Position numbers and translations under genes: made by a program. DNA of 64,000 nt from Callorhinchus milii (taxonomy: Eukaryota): the NCBI RefSeq assembly GCF_018977255.1, contig NW_024704743.1:97280001-97344000 (forward strand), given 5' to 3'. The notes below the pieces were generated by a model, which was not told the origin of the DNA, did not search any database, and was given only the letters and a program-made list of their open reading frames with translations. Positions 27,488-39,003 of the stretch are shown here, one piece after another (position 1 is the stretch's first letter; each line of letters starts with the position of its first letter).

Positions 27488-28671
27488 ACTACTGTGTATG
27501 TAAGAATTAGTTTAGCATTACATTTGCTAGCATATGCATTCTTGTAACTTAAACCATTACTATCATCCAAGTTATTTTCTCTACAAACTCTATATTTCCA
27601 AACTCCAATATATATTTAACAGAGTTGAGAATTAACTGTTCATTTTATCATACTGCCAAGTTACAGTTAGACATTTGAACTCTAGTATAAACACAGTATA
27701 CTTTGCCACATTAGGCATTTGACATTTGAATGTGGTATAGCTTCGGGAGATGCAAAATGATCACACCAAAAGACAATTAACTATGATGTATCCAACAGTG
27801 ACAATGGTCGGTGGTGGGGCTGAGAACACAGGCTATGCAATAACATGGAAATCTATAATACCCAGCAATATAAGGACAAAAATTGAATTGTGAGCAAAGG
27901 CAACATTTTGAAGTCTACAGCATTAGAATCAAGCACTGGCAGACACAGTCTATGACTGGTCACGGAAGTGTGGTGAGCAATTTGATGTGATGAATTAAGT
28001 ACATCCTACAAAACACATTCAGTAAAACTCACATAAGTCATATCAGTCGGAACCATAACATTTAATACGACATACGCCAATTCTGAGTTGCCACCAAACT
28101 GTATGTCATATAAAATCAGATATAATCAATAATCTACACTGCACATACGTAATTCAATTCAATGCAGCGGTAAGTGAGCATGCAGTACTATGTCACTGAA
28201 GCCTGTAAGTGCACAAGCGGTGATGGATCAAGACTACATTTCCCACAATTCAATGTGTCTTGACTCGTCGCCGCACGCACAGTTACCAGCAAACATTGGA
28301 ATTGCATTGAATCGCAGGAAATGAAGTTCATCTGTGCATGTAGCAATGGATTAAGACTATGTTTTCCATAAATTCAATGCAACTGGCTGGTAAGGGCAAA
28401 TTTGACGGCGGTTGAGGACATCTTTGCCCGCTGCTGGTAAATGCGGGAGTAATGGAGGACTGGCTCGATTCTGACATTCCATTGCCAGGCATGTCACTTT
28501 GGGGCCCGTTCAGCTCCAAAGAGACCCTGTAAATAACTTGTGCAACACAACATAAATCTTGTGTTTGATGTAGTGCCTTATCACATTGTCAAAACATCTC
28601 AAAGCACTTCACATGATAATAGTGCAAAGTGGTTTGATTGTGTATTTTGTGGGTGAACTACAATAAAGTTA

Positions 28672-29207
28672 TCCATAACTACTCAAAGCTGATAAATAAA
28701 CAGAGGGGTGAAAAATGGCTGTGTGTATGTGTGTCTTTCTGCCAAGCATGCAATAACCGATTGTCGTAAAGACATGATTTATACCTCATCGGAAAGGTCT
28801 TGCATGGAGGAGTGTCATGGGCATATTTTTTTTCCTCGGGGATCTCATTTCGTTGATGAGCTCTATTTAAAAAATGCTTTAATTAAGCCCCAAAATAAAG
28901 ATATGCATGGCATTCTGCAACAAAGTAGCGACAGAGGAAATCGTATATCCTTCTAGAGAGATACATCTATACCAATATACAAAGTAGCAGAGAAAAGCTA
29001 TGACCTAAACAAGTTCATCACACATGTATGCACTCCAACAAGGAAACCTCCCAACAAGAGTCCTCCCACTGAATCTTCCCACTGAGTCCTCCCAACAGGC
29101 GTCCTACCAGTTGAGTATAGATAAAGACGAAATGTCTGTCTGTGTGTCAATCTACATTCTATATTGGATCGTTTGGTTGCAAGCGAAGGTGAAACGGTTA
29201 CAGCTAG
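28672..29207 (+). mobile_element. Non-autonomous Helitron-like element
   Basis: Begins TC after A and ends CTAG before T; subterminal hairpin CGTTT..TTGCAA..AAACG (29170-29196); GT-rich microsatellite near the 5' end. Confidence 0.6.
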
Positions 29208-30227
29208 TGGTAAATAAAACCTAAATGTATTACATCTTGCATTCACTGTGCCAGGTTTTCAGCAAAAGACCAAACATACTTCCTTCTACTACAATGCAGG
29301 GCCTGAGACAACCGTTTTACATGTTATTGCACATGGTGCAATTCGGTGGGTGTGTATTGCAGCACGGTTCCTAATGGATTACACCAGTCGAAAGATGAGT
29401 TACCACATCTGAGTGGGATAATTGCCAAGATCCTGATGTTACATGGCTTACAGAAAGGGGAAGATTTTAAACAGGACACACAACAATGCATTTAACATCC
29501 AGCAAAACCATGAGGGGCCAAGAGCAGCATCAGAGGAGACTTTGCTCAAGACACAACCACAAGACCCCCAACTCCTCCCACCCACAGGATTAGCATTCCC
29601 AGGCACAAAGCTGCTAAAATATTTCACATTGTGGGTTCAGTTGCTGCTCCCAAGACTTTGGTACTCTATGCTTTTCAACAGAACCAGGGATGAATTATTC
29701 AGCCTAACATTCCTCCAAAAGCTAAGTTACTGTGGGGTTACCCAAACAAGAACATGCATTTCAGGCAGGAGGAAAAGAGTGATTTGCAAAGGCTTTTATG
29801 GGTGAAAAGTAATCTTAAATAAAGAGCGTCTCTGATGTGATTTAAAAATGTGAAATCATTGCTACAATTTAAGAACATTTTTGGAAGCAAAAACTCTTTA
29901 AAAAAAACGAAAGCAATTAATCACTGGAGGTAAACTGTCGAAAATATTTGACTCCCATAACGTGTATTATCTTAAGCACTGTACTTCAGAAGATATACAG
30001 TACTTCAGATAGAAGATATACAGTGAATCGGTATAAAGGCCTCCACTGAAATAGTGTAGCTCTTTTTAATCTGCATATAAATTACTGTAGCATTGCACAT
30101 ACACTGTATAACACAATCTACAGCCCCACACGAAGTCCAAACTCCAGCCTGTGACCCTGACACCGAATTATGGGAGTGAGCCCTTGTGTGCTATTGAGAC
30201 ACGGGGTGTAAACAAACATTGCACAAA

Positions 30228-30265
30228 CACACAGTGAGTGAGTGAGTGAGTGAGTGAGTGAGTGC
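30228..30265 (+). repeat. CACAC(AGTG)8C microsatellite
   Basis: Read directly; identical to 31833-31870. Confidence 0.95.
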
Positions 30266-30464
30266 CACATTGCAACATGCAACGCACATGGAGTGGGGGT
30301 GGAGTGGGGGAGTGGGGGGGAATTAAAAAAAAATCTTAAACCATCAGGTGTGTGACTGCTGATCACAACCGGTCCACATTGCCAATAGATGGCCATACGT
30401 CAGCTTTGTTATTGTTATTGTTACTGTTGTTGTTATTTGTGACAATGCCAAACACCGCACTCAC

Positions 30465-31123
30465 CTGGATCTCTGCAGATCAAAAGTACTGTTGCCCATC
30501 TGCCCCTGTTCCAGGCAGTAGTTGGGGACTGACGCCTGTCTGGAGAAGGCAGTGGGTAGGATTCCCTGAGTGAAGGAGTTGATCCTCGCTCTGCTGCTGC
30601 CGCCTGCAGGGGCACCGGCAGCGGCGAGCGGAGAGGCAGCAGCGCCGCACGGCTGTAACCTGCGCTCCGCAAACACCGCCTCCGCCGCCTCCTCCTCCGC
30701 TAAATCACCGCAGATCGGAGCGGCGATGGAGGAGGCTGCGGGCGGGGGAGCCCCGGGTTTGCAGAGCGGAGGCTGTGCACAGGTCGGGGCGGCTGGCGGC
30801 GGGGGCTGGGGCTGGGGCTGGGGCGGGGGCGGGGGCAGGGTCTGGCTGCCGGGGCGGGGGCTGCTCGCCGGCGGCTCCTCGTCCCCGGCGCCAGCCCCGC
30901 TCTCCTGCCGCTGCCGCTCCCGCTCCTGCTGCCGCTCCCGCTCCTGCTGCCGCCCGCAGCCGCCCGGCACCAGCCGCCCGTCCAGGGAGATGTTGGTGAG
31001 GAAGCTGAGCGCCGCCTGTCTCCTCCTCGGGTCTATCCGCTTCCTGGTGGGGTCGATCCCGGGGTGTTTGATTTGCAAGGAGGCGGCGGCGGCGGCGTTA
31101 CTGCTGCGGGTGGCAGCCGCCAT
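30465..31123 (-). CDS. cables1: CDK5 and ABL1 enzyme substrate 1 (Cables1), first coding exon (219 codons + 2 nt, phase-2 intron follows)
   Basis: Translation MAAATRSS...RIDPRRRQAALSFLTNISLDGR...RINSFTQGILPTAFSRQ...NYCLEQGQ...FDLQRSR matches the two conserved blocks of vertebrate CABLES1 exon 1 (human MDPRRRQAALSFLTNISLDGR; RLNSFTQGILPIAFSR...LQRSR, from memory). ATG at 31123 is in a strong Kozak context (AGGATGG). The exon ends at a canonical donor TCCAG|GTGAGT. Confidence 0.93.
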
Positions 31124-31600
31124 CCTCCCCAAGTGCTGGGGATGGGGATGGGGATGGGATGGGATGTGCGGGGCTTTGTCGTGTCCTAATGCAATGTGTG
31201 TGAGTGTGTGTGTGAGTGTCTGTGTGTGTGTGAGTGTCTGTGTGTGTGAGTGTGTGTGTTGTGGAGGAGGAGATAGTTTGCTGTGTTGTACCGGAGAGCG
31301 CAGTGTGCGCCTCGCACTGGCTCTGTGCAAACGCTACGAAGCGCTATCTCACGTCCAGAGCAATCATCGGACAGGGGAGGGAGGGAGGAGGGAGGAGGGA
31401 GGGAGGGAGGGATGGAGAGGGAGGGAGGGAAGAAGTGAACCCACGTCCAACCAACTGGAGAACTTCACCCAGAAGTAGGGGGCTGGAGGGAGGGAGGGAG
31501 GGGGGAGGCCACCAGTCACAGCGCCTGATCCCACCCTCTTTCACGCACACACAGACACAGCAGCTTTTATGTAATAAGTGTCGTGGCTGCAGGAGCTCAG
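30570..31600. promoter_or_regulatory. CpG island / cables1 promoter and 5' UTR
   Basis: Very GC- and CpG-rich compared with the AT-rich flanks and overlaps exon 1. Contains a (TG)-rich tract at about 31195-31262 and GGGA purine tracts at about 31374-31430 and 31478-31508. Confidence 0.75.
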
Positions 31601-31832
31601 AGTCAGCGCTTTCCCAAGTTGGGGGATCCACTTCTTTTTTCTCGCTCTGTTGCTGCAGGGAACGTAGTCCATACATGCAGATGCTCAGGTTGTTACATGA
31701 GATGCAAATAAAGTACCTCCTCCCAACCCCTCTTGACCCCCCCCCCCCCCCCCCCTTCACTCCTTCTCATCACACACAGAAAATGTGCATTTTCCAAGTG
31801 AGATCTCCAAACCTGATTCTAGCCTTTGCTTC

Positions 31833-31870
31833 CACACAGTGAGTGAGTGAGTGAGTGAGTGAGTGAGTGC
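31833..31870 (+). repeat. CACAC(AGTG)8C microsatellite
   Basis: Read directly; identical to 30228-30265. Confidence 0.95.
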
Positions 31871-32197
31871 ATGTATAGGGTTGAGGGATCATCCCCTTTA
31901 CCATGTGCTACAGAGCCAGCAGGCCTCACACTTGCATCATTCAGTGTACAAGCTTCCATCGCCCCTACCAACCTCACCCCCCCACCCCCCCCACACCTTT
32001 TGCAACCAAACAAAAACGATCACAATTTCCTAAAACCTCTTGATTTGGATCGCTAACGATGCCAAGCCACATTTTTGTTTAATCAGAGACCTGCTGCAAA
32101 AATAAATAACAGCGGTTGGTTGTTTGAAAACAATGTAATGCAGACAGGAACACCCAGACTGGGGTTATTTTCACTGTAAGATGCTGCACTCTTGTTT

Positions 32198-32825
32198 TAA
32201 TAATAACAACAATAATAATAATCTTTGCATTTGGTATAGCGCTTTTCACATCTTCTCGACGTCTCAAAGCGCTTCACAGAATAGACTGTAAAGTGAATGA
32301 CCGTATATTTGTGGGTGAATATTTTAATGTTTTGCTGCCAATCACCCCAACACACACACACACCTCTCCCAAAGTAAAGGACAAGAATCTGTGGAATGAG
32401 AAGAGGCAGTTTGTCTCCAGTAAGCCGGAGCATTTAAACGGGATGCTTGACTGGGGCAGATCACTCCATCCCTAAAGCTTCAACTTTGTTTCTCTCCAGG
32501 TTTGATGCTTTTTATAGCAACACCAAACTCCAGCTCCCTTTCCAAGGGGAACAAAAAAGTATGGATCCAGTATTAACTACTCTTATTTAGCAACGTACTT
32601 ATTCTCCAAGTTTACTCCCCCTTCATCTCTTAGGGGGCAAAACGCGATAGCCAATTGCACACAGCAGTGTTCTACAAACAGTCGCGGATTGAGTGACCAA
32701 ATTACTTATTTTCGGAAGGGATTATTAGCCCCGGAAAAGAGATCCGCTAATTGACTAACAACCCGGTTCCTACTTACTGCTGGGGAAACAGGCAGGTCCT
32801 CTTGCTTGCGAGGCAGGTGCTCTAG
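32198..32825 (-). mobile_element. Long-form SINE split by an insertion of about 315 bp (32320-32635)
   Basis: The tail (32198-32320) and body/head (32635-32825) are contiguous in the family consensus; a head remnant also lies at 33152-33180. Confidence 0.75.
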
Positions 32826-34271
32826 CTAATAGTTTTTTAAAATTATATATTTATTTATAAATATAATGTTTAGTACAACAGAAATCTAAAACAAGCACAA
32901 TGTACAACATCTTCTGTTGCAATTTTTCCCCTTTCTGCCAATACAAAAACAATTCCATTGTTTACGGTACATTCCTTCACAGGTTGTGCACACGTTTTTT
33001 GGGACTCCCCTTTAAAACAGTCTGGAGTCGTCCCTGTGTACACCACATCCACGTGTGCACACGCGCATACCCTGATAAGGCATACTTTCCGCTTTTGGAA
33101 GGCGCCCCAATGTGCACCGTACACGCACATGTTTCCTGTACATACATTTTTGAGTGCTCTAACCAATAAGCTACAGGACGCACAATTATTCTCTTGTCCT
33201 GTATTCCAATCCCCTCTCCTATATCTCACTATTCACTTCTCCATCATGTATGCATCAACTTTCTTCTTACATACATTAAAGCTTTCTGCTTCAATCAATC
33301 ACATTTTCATTATTTCATAAATGTATGCCTCTTTGCCATGTATTCAACGTTGATGCATTGCAGTCCTGAGCAGGAAGATCCCATGGTTTGATTCTTGGAA
33401 TGGGGTAGCTGGTCTGAACAGCACAGCGATGGGGACAAGAGAATTAGCCTCACTGGGGTTGAAAAGACATACAGATGAGAACAGCAAGTGATATCTTATA
33501 CCAGAATGATAGCTCAGAATGCAAATTACATTGTGTATAAGAAGCCATGTCCATCTTGTTAACCTGTGAGAAATCTTCCTTAAGGCAATCTCTCGTTAGA
33601 GTGGAGTCCTCGAGAATCAGTGTGACATTCATGAGGCACATTCTCTATGCTTAGGCACTTTACCCACAGTTTACCCCATGTAAGGTATCATATACTGTTG
33701 AGCATTTATCTTACCCCTGCTCCGTCCCCATTCCCTTCTCCCATTTAGGAAGGGGGAGGGAGGTGAGGCAGGGGTAACAATCATTCTGATTACTGAATAC
33801 TATGCAATGGTTTAGGCTGGAAAAGTCTGTGATAGATTTTGCCTTGACTAGACTTTGAGGTCTAAAAAGTGATATTCGGTTTTGTTGCATTATTTGCAAA
33901 TGCCCAGCTGGTAAGATTTGAAATCCTAGATTTCCATTGTTTTGCTTTTTTCAGACTTTGCCAGCATTCAATTTTGCAAACAAACCTTGTAATCTGATAT
34001 TAGCAAACAGCAAGTCACAATTAATGCAATAAATACATAGAATTACATACAACAACAGCATCATTTTTTCAGGACAAAAACAGGCCATTCATCCATGGCC
34101 CAATTAGTCCATGGCGATAACTAGTTGCAAATACAGTTCGTAAATATCATCTTTTGGTCCTCAATGTGTCAAAACATTACGCAAAATACTGCAAATGCTG
34201 GAAATCTGAAACAAAAGCAGAAGTCGCTGGGAACACTCAGCAGATCAGGCAGCAACTATGGAGAAAGGAAA

Positions 34272-34309
34272 GTGAGTCAACGTTTCGGGTCCATGACCCT
34301 TCGTCAGAA
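34272..34309 (-). ncRNA. Minimal type I hammerhead ribozyme motif
   Basis: CUGACGA-A-GGGUC(AUG)GACCC-GAAACGUU on the minus strand. Confidence 0.6.
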
Positions 34310-34554
34310 GTGAGCACATCATCAAACACAAGAAGGGAAACAGATAGCAAAGGAAAGCAGTGTAAAAGGGAAGAATGAAAGTCACATCGAAGAGAAGACC
34401 TGAACTTCTTCAAGGTAGGCATCCCTAGAAGAGAAGTGGCAGTGAATTAAATATAAGCAAATGCAAAATACTGCGGATGCTGGAAATCTGAAACAAAAAC
34501 AGAAGTCGCTGGGAACACTCAGCAGGCCAGGCAGCATCTACGGAGAAAAGGAAA

Positions 34555-34592
34555 GTGAGTCAACGTTTCGGGTCCACGACCCTTCGTCAGTA
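34555..34592 (-). ncRNA. Minimal type I hammerhead ribozyme motif
   Basis: CUGACGA-A-GGGUC(GUG)GACCC-GAAACGUU on the minus strand. Confidence 0.6.
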
Positions 34593-35549
34593 CAATGTTA
34601 GTATTCCCAGCGACTTCTGTTTTTGTGTAAAAATATTGTCAGGTTTGTCAGTGATGTCCCTCCCCCCTTCTCCTCCCTCTCTCCCTCCCTCCTTGTTTAA
34701 ACTGGTTTCATACATGAATAATGGATATTCAAGCAATGTTCTAGGGAAGTGGGAGGTTATTGGTACTGCATCCTAGTGTAAACTACCACCTTCAGAAGAG
34801 GGGCAAAACCAGAAAAATAAATCATTGAGTCACACAAAAATTGTGATGCGTCCACAAAGTCTCACTGTGACAAAGTGATGTGTAATTATTGTTCTGAATG
34901 GCTATCTCCCGCAGCAGCTTTAAAGATATTTTGCTTTGAAGTTGTAAAATGAGTGTGGCTTCACTTATTTGCATTTTGATACATGTTTTGTCACCGTTCC
35001 TAACTGTAGCTCTTTCATGTAGATTAATTCGAGCACTCAGTTAAAGAAAGAATTTTCATTGTTATACTGTGTCGTTTGAAATGTGTCAAAGCGCTTCATA
35101 GATCGTTGATCATTACTGTCAAGTATAGTGACTGTTTTTCTTTGCAGGCAAATGTGGTATCTGCTTGCACCAGCAAGATCATACAAACAACTGTGAGGCA
35201 AATGACCAATTAATCTGGAAGATTGCTGGCCAGGACACTGGGAACAACTTCCTTCTCTTTGTCAAATAGTGCCCTGCGATTTTTAATGGCCACCTGAACA
35301 GGGACCTCGATTTTAATGTTTATCTAAAAGACAGACCTGTAGCAATTTGTAGCAAAGTAAAGAAAATCCCTGCAGACATCCAGTTCTGAAGTGATTGATG
35401 CTCCAATTGTGAGTGATTTTATCTAGTTTTGTGAGACCAGTGTTTTACCCTGTATTATAACTTTGCATTTTGATATGCATTTTATGATTCTATGAATACA
35501 GCAATTTCTCTGCTGAAATTATCCATTACGGCTGAATGTCCAATCTCTG

Positions 35550-35890
35550 ACCCTTCTGATGAGATGTTAAACCAAGGTCCTGTATGTCTATTCAAATGGA
35601 CAAATGGCTTCTGTGAAGCGCTTTGGGACGTCCTCCCGACGTGAAAAGCGCTATATCAAATGCAAGGATTATTATTATTATTATTAACAATCCCATAGCA
35701 CTATTAAAAAAGGGAATGGAGTTTCTCCTTCAGATAAATTCACTTCAATAGCTGTTTGTGGGGTGTTGCTGTGTGCAAATTGTCTACAAAATGCACAATC
35801 GTTACACTTTATAGGAAATCCTGTGAAGATCTTTGAGACGTCCTCCCAACATGGAAAGCATTGTATCAAATGCGAAGAATATTATTATTA
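35550..35890 (+). mobile_element. Old Deu-domain SINE with a young SINE tail inserted (35610-35686)
   Basis: GATGAGATGTTAAACCAAGGTCC...[young tail]...ATCCCATAGCACTATT. Confidence 0.72.
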
Positions 35891-35963
35891 TGGGGGTGCA
35901 TCACCAATATGCTTTTCCCATTAATCTCACTTGAAACTCATGAAACTTGGCAAATTGTGGAGT

Positions 35964-36266
35964 GGAGTCCTGTAGCTCAGTGGTTAGAGCACTCGCCTCA
36001 CAACGAGAGATCTGGGTTCGATTCCTGGCAGGGCGAAACCTTGGGCAAGTTTCCTTACTCCACACTCCCTATAATAATCCCTCAAGAAAAAAAAACAATG
36101 ATAAATTGGTTACTTCAATCCATGACTGTTTGTAGGACACTGCTGTGTGCAATTGGCTGCCGCATTTCACCCACGAATATATAATCAATTCATTTTATTG
36201 TGAAGCACTTTGAGGCGTCTAGAAGACGTGAAAAGCGCTGTATCAAATGCAAAGATTATTATTATT
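35964..36266 (+). mobile_element. Young SINE, short form, full length
   Basis: A box TAGCTCAGTGG, B box GGTTCGATTCC; probable TSD ATTGTGG. Confidence 0.92.
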
Positions 36267-36709
36267 GTGGTTCAATGAGAAAACATTCATATTTTCCCCA
36301 GACATTTTCAAGACACTAACTTTGATTCCCTTTGTGTTTTAGCTGACGTGCAGCAAAGAGACGGTGAGTGATTCATATGCCGCAAAAGGATTAAAAGTAA
36401 GAGAACATATCCTGGAGGTTGGAATTCTTTGAAATGAGCAGATAGAACCAGAGCAGGCTTTAAAATCAGGGGCAGACTTTAAAACTCATTAACTTTGTTT
36501 TGAAATACTGTAGAACAGTTTCTTTCAGTGCCCTATAAATTTTGCAACTGCTGAGTATTGTTGTGGTCTATTGAATTATAATGAAGATAAGGTTGATTTA
36601 TTTTCTTCAGGTCATTCAATTTCACTCAAAAATTTCCAAGCATAACTGCAGCAACACTATTGGGGCGAATTATAGAGTAATGGAATATGAAAGCACATGT
36701 TATGCTGCT

Positions 36710-36995
36710 TGTATGAGACATTAAACTGAGGTCCCGTCTGCCTGTCAAGGAGATGTTAAAGATCCCACGGCATTAATTGAAAAGGGAAGGGAGTTTCTCC
36801 CAGCATTCTGACCAACAACCACCAAAAATAAAGGTCACTCAATTCATGGCTGTTTGTGGGACTTTGCAAATTGGCCTCTGTATTTGTATTTGTCTACAAA
36901 ATACAGTCACTACAGTCACTACAGTATCCTATGAAGCATTTTGAGACATCCTCCAGAGGTGAACAGGTCTACATCAACTGCAAAGATTAGTATAA
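36710..36995 (+). mobile_element. Old Deu-domain SINE
   Basis: ATGAGACATTAAACTGAGGTCCCGTCTGCCTG...GTTAAAGATCCCACGGCA. Confidence 0.78.
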
Positions 36996-37879
36996 TTAAA
37001 ATGAATCAAACAGGAAGAAAAGGAGACGCTTGATTCGCTAGACCAATGCAGAAACCATAACACAGCACAATCCATTCCAATAAAAAGAGAGGAAAAGAAA
37101 CCCAGCCAAAAGAGCAATTAAGAAGCAAAAAACGGAAATATTTCTAACTGCAATACATTTTAAAGGAGAGGAAATGCAAAGGGTGGAAAGTTTGAAGAAG
37201 CAAATGAATTGAAATCAAGGGAAACTATTCCCTCCACATTTACTCACTGAGTCTCTGGGGTCTAATACACAGAGATTTCAAAGGAATTCTTTTAAAAGGA
37301 ATCCAAGTAGCAAACTGGGATTTCACACAATGACCAAACATATGATTTGCCAGTGAATGGAAACTCTGCACTGACACAATAGAATTCCAGAGCACAGTCC
37401 CAACGGATCAGCCTGACTTATTTCTGGTTGTCAGAAGAAGTCCCTATTTGCGACTCAGATTAATAATAATTAATTATTAATAATTGTTATTAATGATAAT
37501 TATTAGTAATAACTGTTACGAATTGCCACAATTTTCACCTCCCGCGATTGTTGAACTGCACTTTAGACTTTGACAGGCGTACTCTGCTAGTATACTAATC
37601 AGCTTTGTTGATGTTTTGACACATTTATACACCCAAAAGCATTGACCAATTCACATCTCTGGGTCTGGACTTTCCATTAACTGGGAATTCAGTCTTCAAA
37701 ACTAATCAAAACATTTTTTCAAAAATAGGTGATCTCACCTCCAAAATGGATGGTGGAAGTTTGGAGAAAGGAGAAAAGTGATTTAAAGTTAATTTTCTAT
37801 ATGAGAAAAGAATTAGAGAAGAAAAGATAGGATAGGTAGATTAGGTAACGAAAAACCAATAACAACAATAAACAATATG

Positions 37880-38240
37880 AATAATCCTTGCATTTTATTT
37901 GGTGCCTGATCACATTCTTGAGGCATCTGAAAGTGCTTGGCAGTGATTACTGTGAAATGAAGTAACTGTGTATTTGTAGTAACTGTAACTGTGTAGGTGA
38001 ACACAGAAGCCAATTTACGCACAGCAATCAACAGCCATGAAGTGAATGATCAATTTTATTCAAGTGATTGTCAGCCAGGACATCGGGAGAAACTCCCTAC
38101 TGTTTCTGAATAGGGCCATGGGGTCTCCACCTTAACAGGCTTTTAGTTCAACGTATCACTTGAAAGATGGTACTTCCTACAATACAGAGTATCTCAGCAC
38201 TACGTTGGAGTGTCAGCCTAGGCTGCGACTTCAGGTTACT
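37880..38240 (-). mobile_element. Old Deu-domain SINE
   Basis: Tail plus GCCAGGACATCGGGAGAAACTCC...GCCATGGG...GGAGTGTCAGCCTAG. Confidence 0.72.
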
Positions 38241-39003
38241 TGGCATTGTGTTCCCCACCCCAACTTCTCCCTGGGTGAAAAAATTCTCCTATATTCCCCA
38301 TTCATTCTTTTCGTGGCAGTCCTATATGTATATCCCCTAGTTACTGACTCCCCATCTAATCAAAATAACTTCTCCCTATTTACCCTAATAGAACTCCTCA
38401 TGTTTGTATACACTTCAATCAGCTTCTCTGCTCCAAGGAAAAGAGGAGGAGCTTTTCCAATCTCTTTTCATAACTGTAGTCCTTCATCCTCAAAATCATT
38501 CGTGTAAACCTCCTTTGCACTCCTCCAAGGCCCTACAGACTTCCTGATTTGAGCTGCCCAGACTGGACAGAATGCTCCATCTGCAGCTTATCCACCTTTG
38601 CAGTCAACACTGATACAAAGTATTCCTTCAGCAGTTCTGCCATTTCCTTACCATATAATACAGTTTTGCCTACATCTGTTTTTAGTGGGCCCACTTCTTC
38701 TTTTATCACTCTCTTTCTTTTAATATATTTCTAAAATCTTTTTACTATTACCTTTAATATCATCCACAAGCCTTTTTTAAAAACATATTTCAGTTTTGCC
38801 CTTCTTATTATTTGCTTGGTGTCACCTTATTGCTGCCTATAGCGCACCCAATCCTCTGACTTTCTACTTTCTTTTGCTGTTTTGTACATCCTCTCTTTTT
38901 TGTCTGATGGTTTCCTTTACCTTTTTTACGGTTGTTTGACACCCGAAGCTCCATCTTTGGCTTTTAAATGTATGTATTTAGTTGGAATCTTGTGAATTAC
39001 ATC

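Larger units (their letters stand above)
1..30464 (-). other. cables1: cables1 intron 1 (runs off the window)
   Basis: Starts at the GTGAGT donor at 30464. I found no exon encoding RRLISQRSSLETLEDIEE (expected exon 2) when reading the minus strand by eye. Confidence 0.65.
34180..34625 (-). mobile_element. Penelope-like element terminus, partial tandem repeat
   Basis: Two direct repeats of about 128 bp (34180-34307, 34462-34590) with a 283-bp period, plus a short inverted piece at about 34600-34625; this resembles the common shark Penelope terminal repeat. Confidence 0.7.

Noticed and set aside
31124..31330. N-terminal extension of the 289-aa ORF upstream of MAAATR
   Set aside because: Starts at TTG and translates CA/CCCAT repeats; the ATG at 31123 has a strong Kozak context and matches orthologue starts.
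30570..31478. 302-aa plus-strand ORF (and the overlapping 31234-31842 ORF)
   Set aside because: Antisense shadow of the GC-rich cables1 exon plus microsatellites; low complexity, non-ATG start, no recognisable domain.
35964..36035. tRNA-like cloverleaf (also in other SINE heads)
   Set aside because: Always continues into the SINE body and tail, with variable anticodons; these are SINE heads, not tRNA genes.
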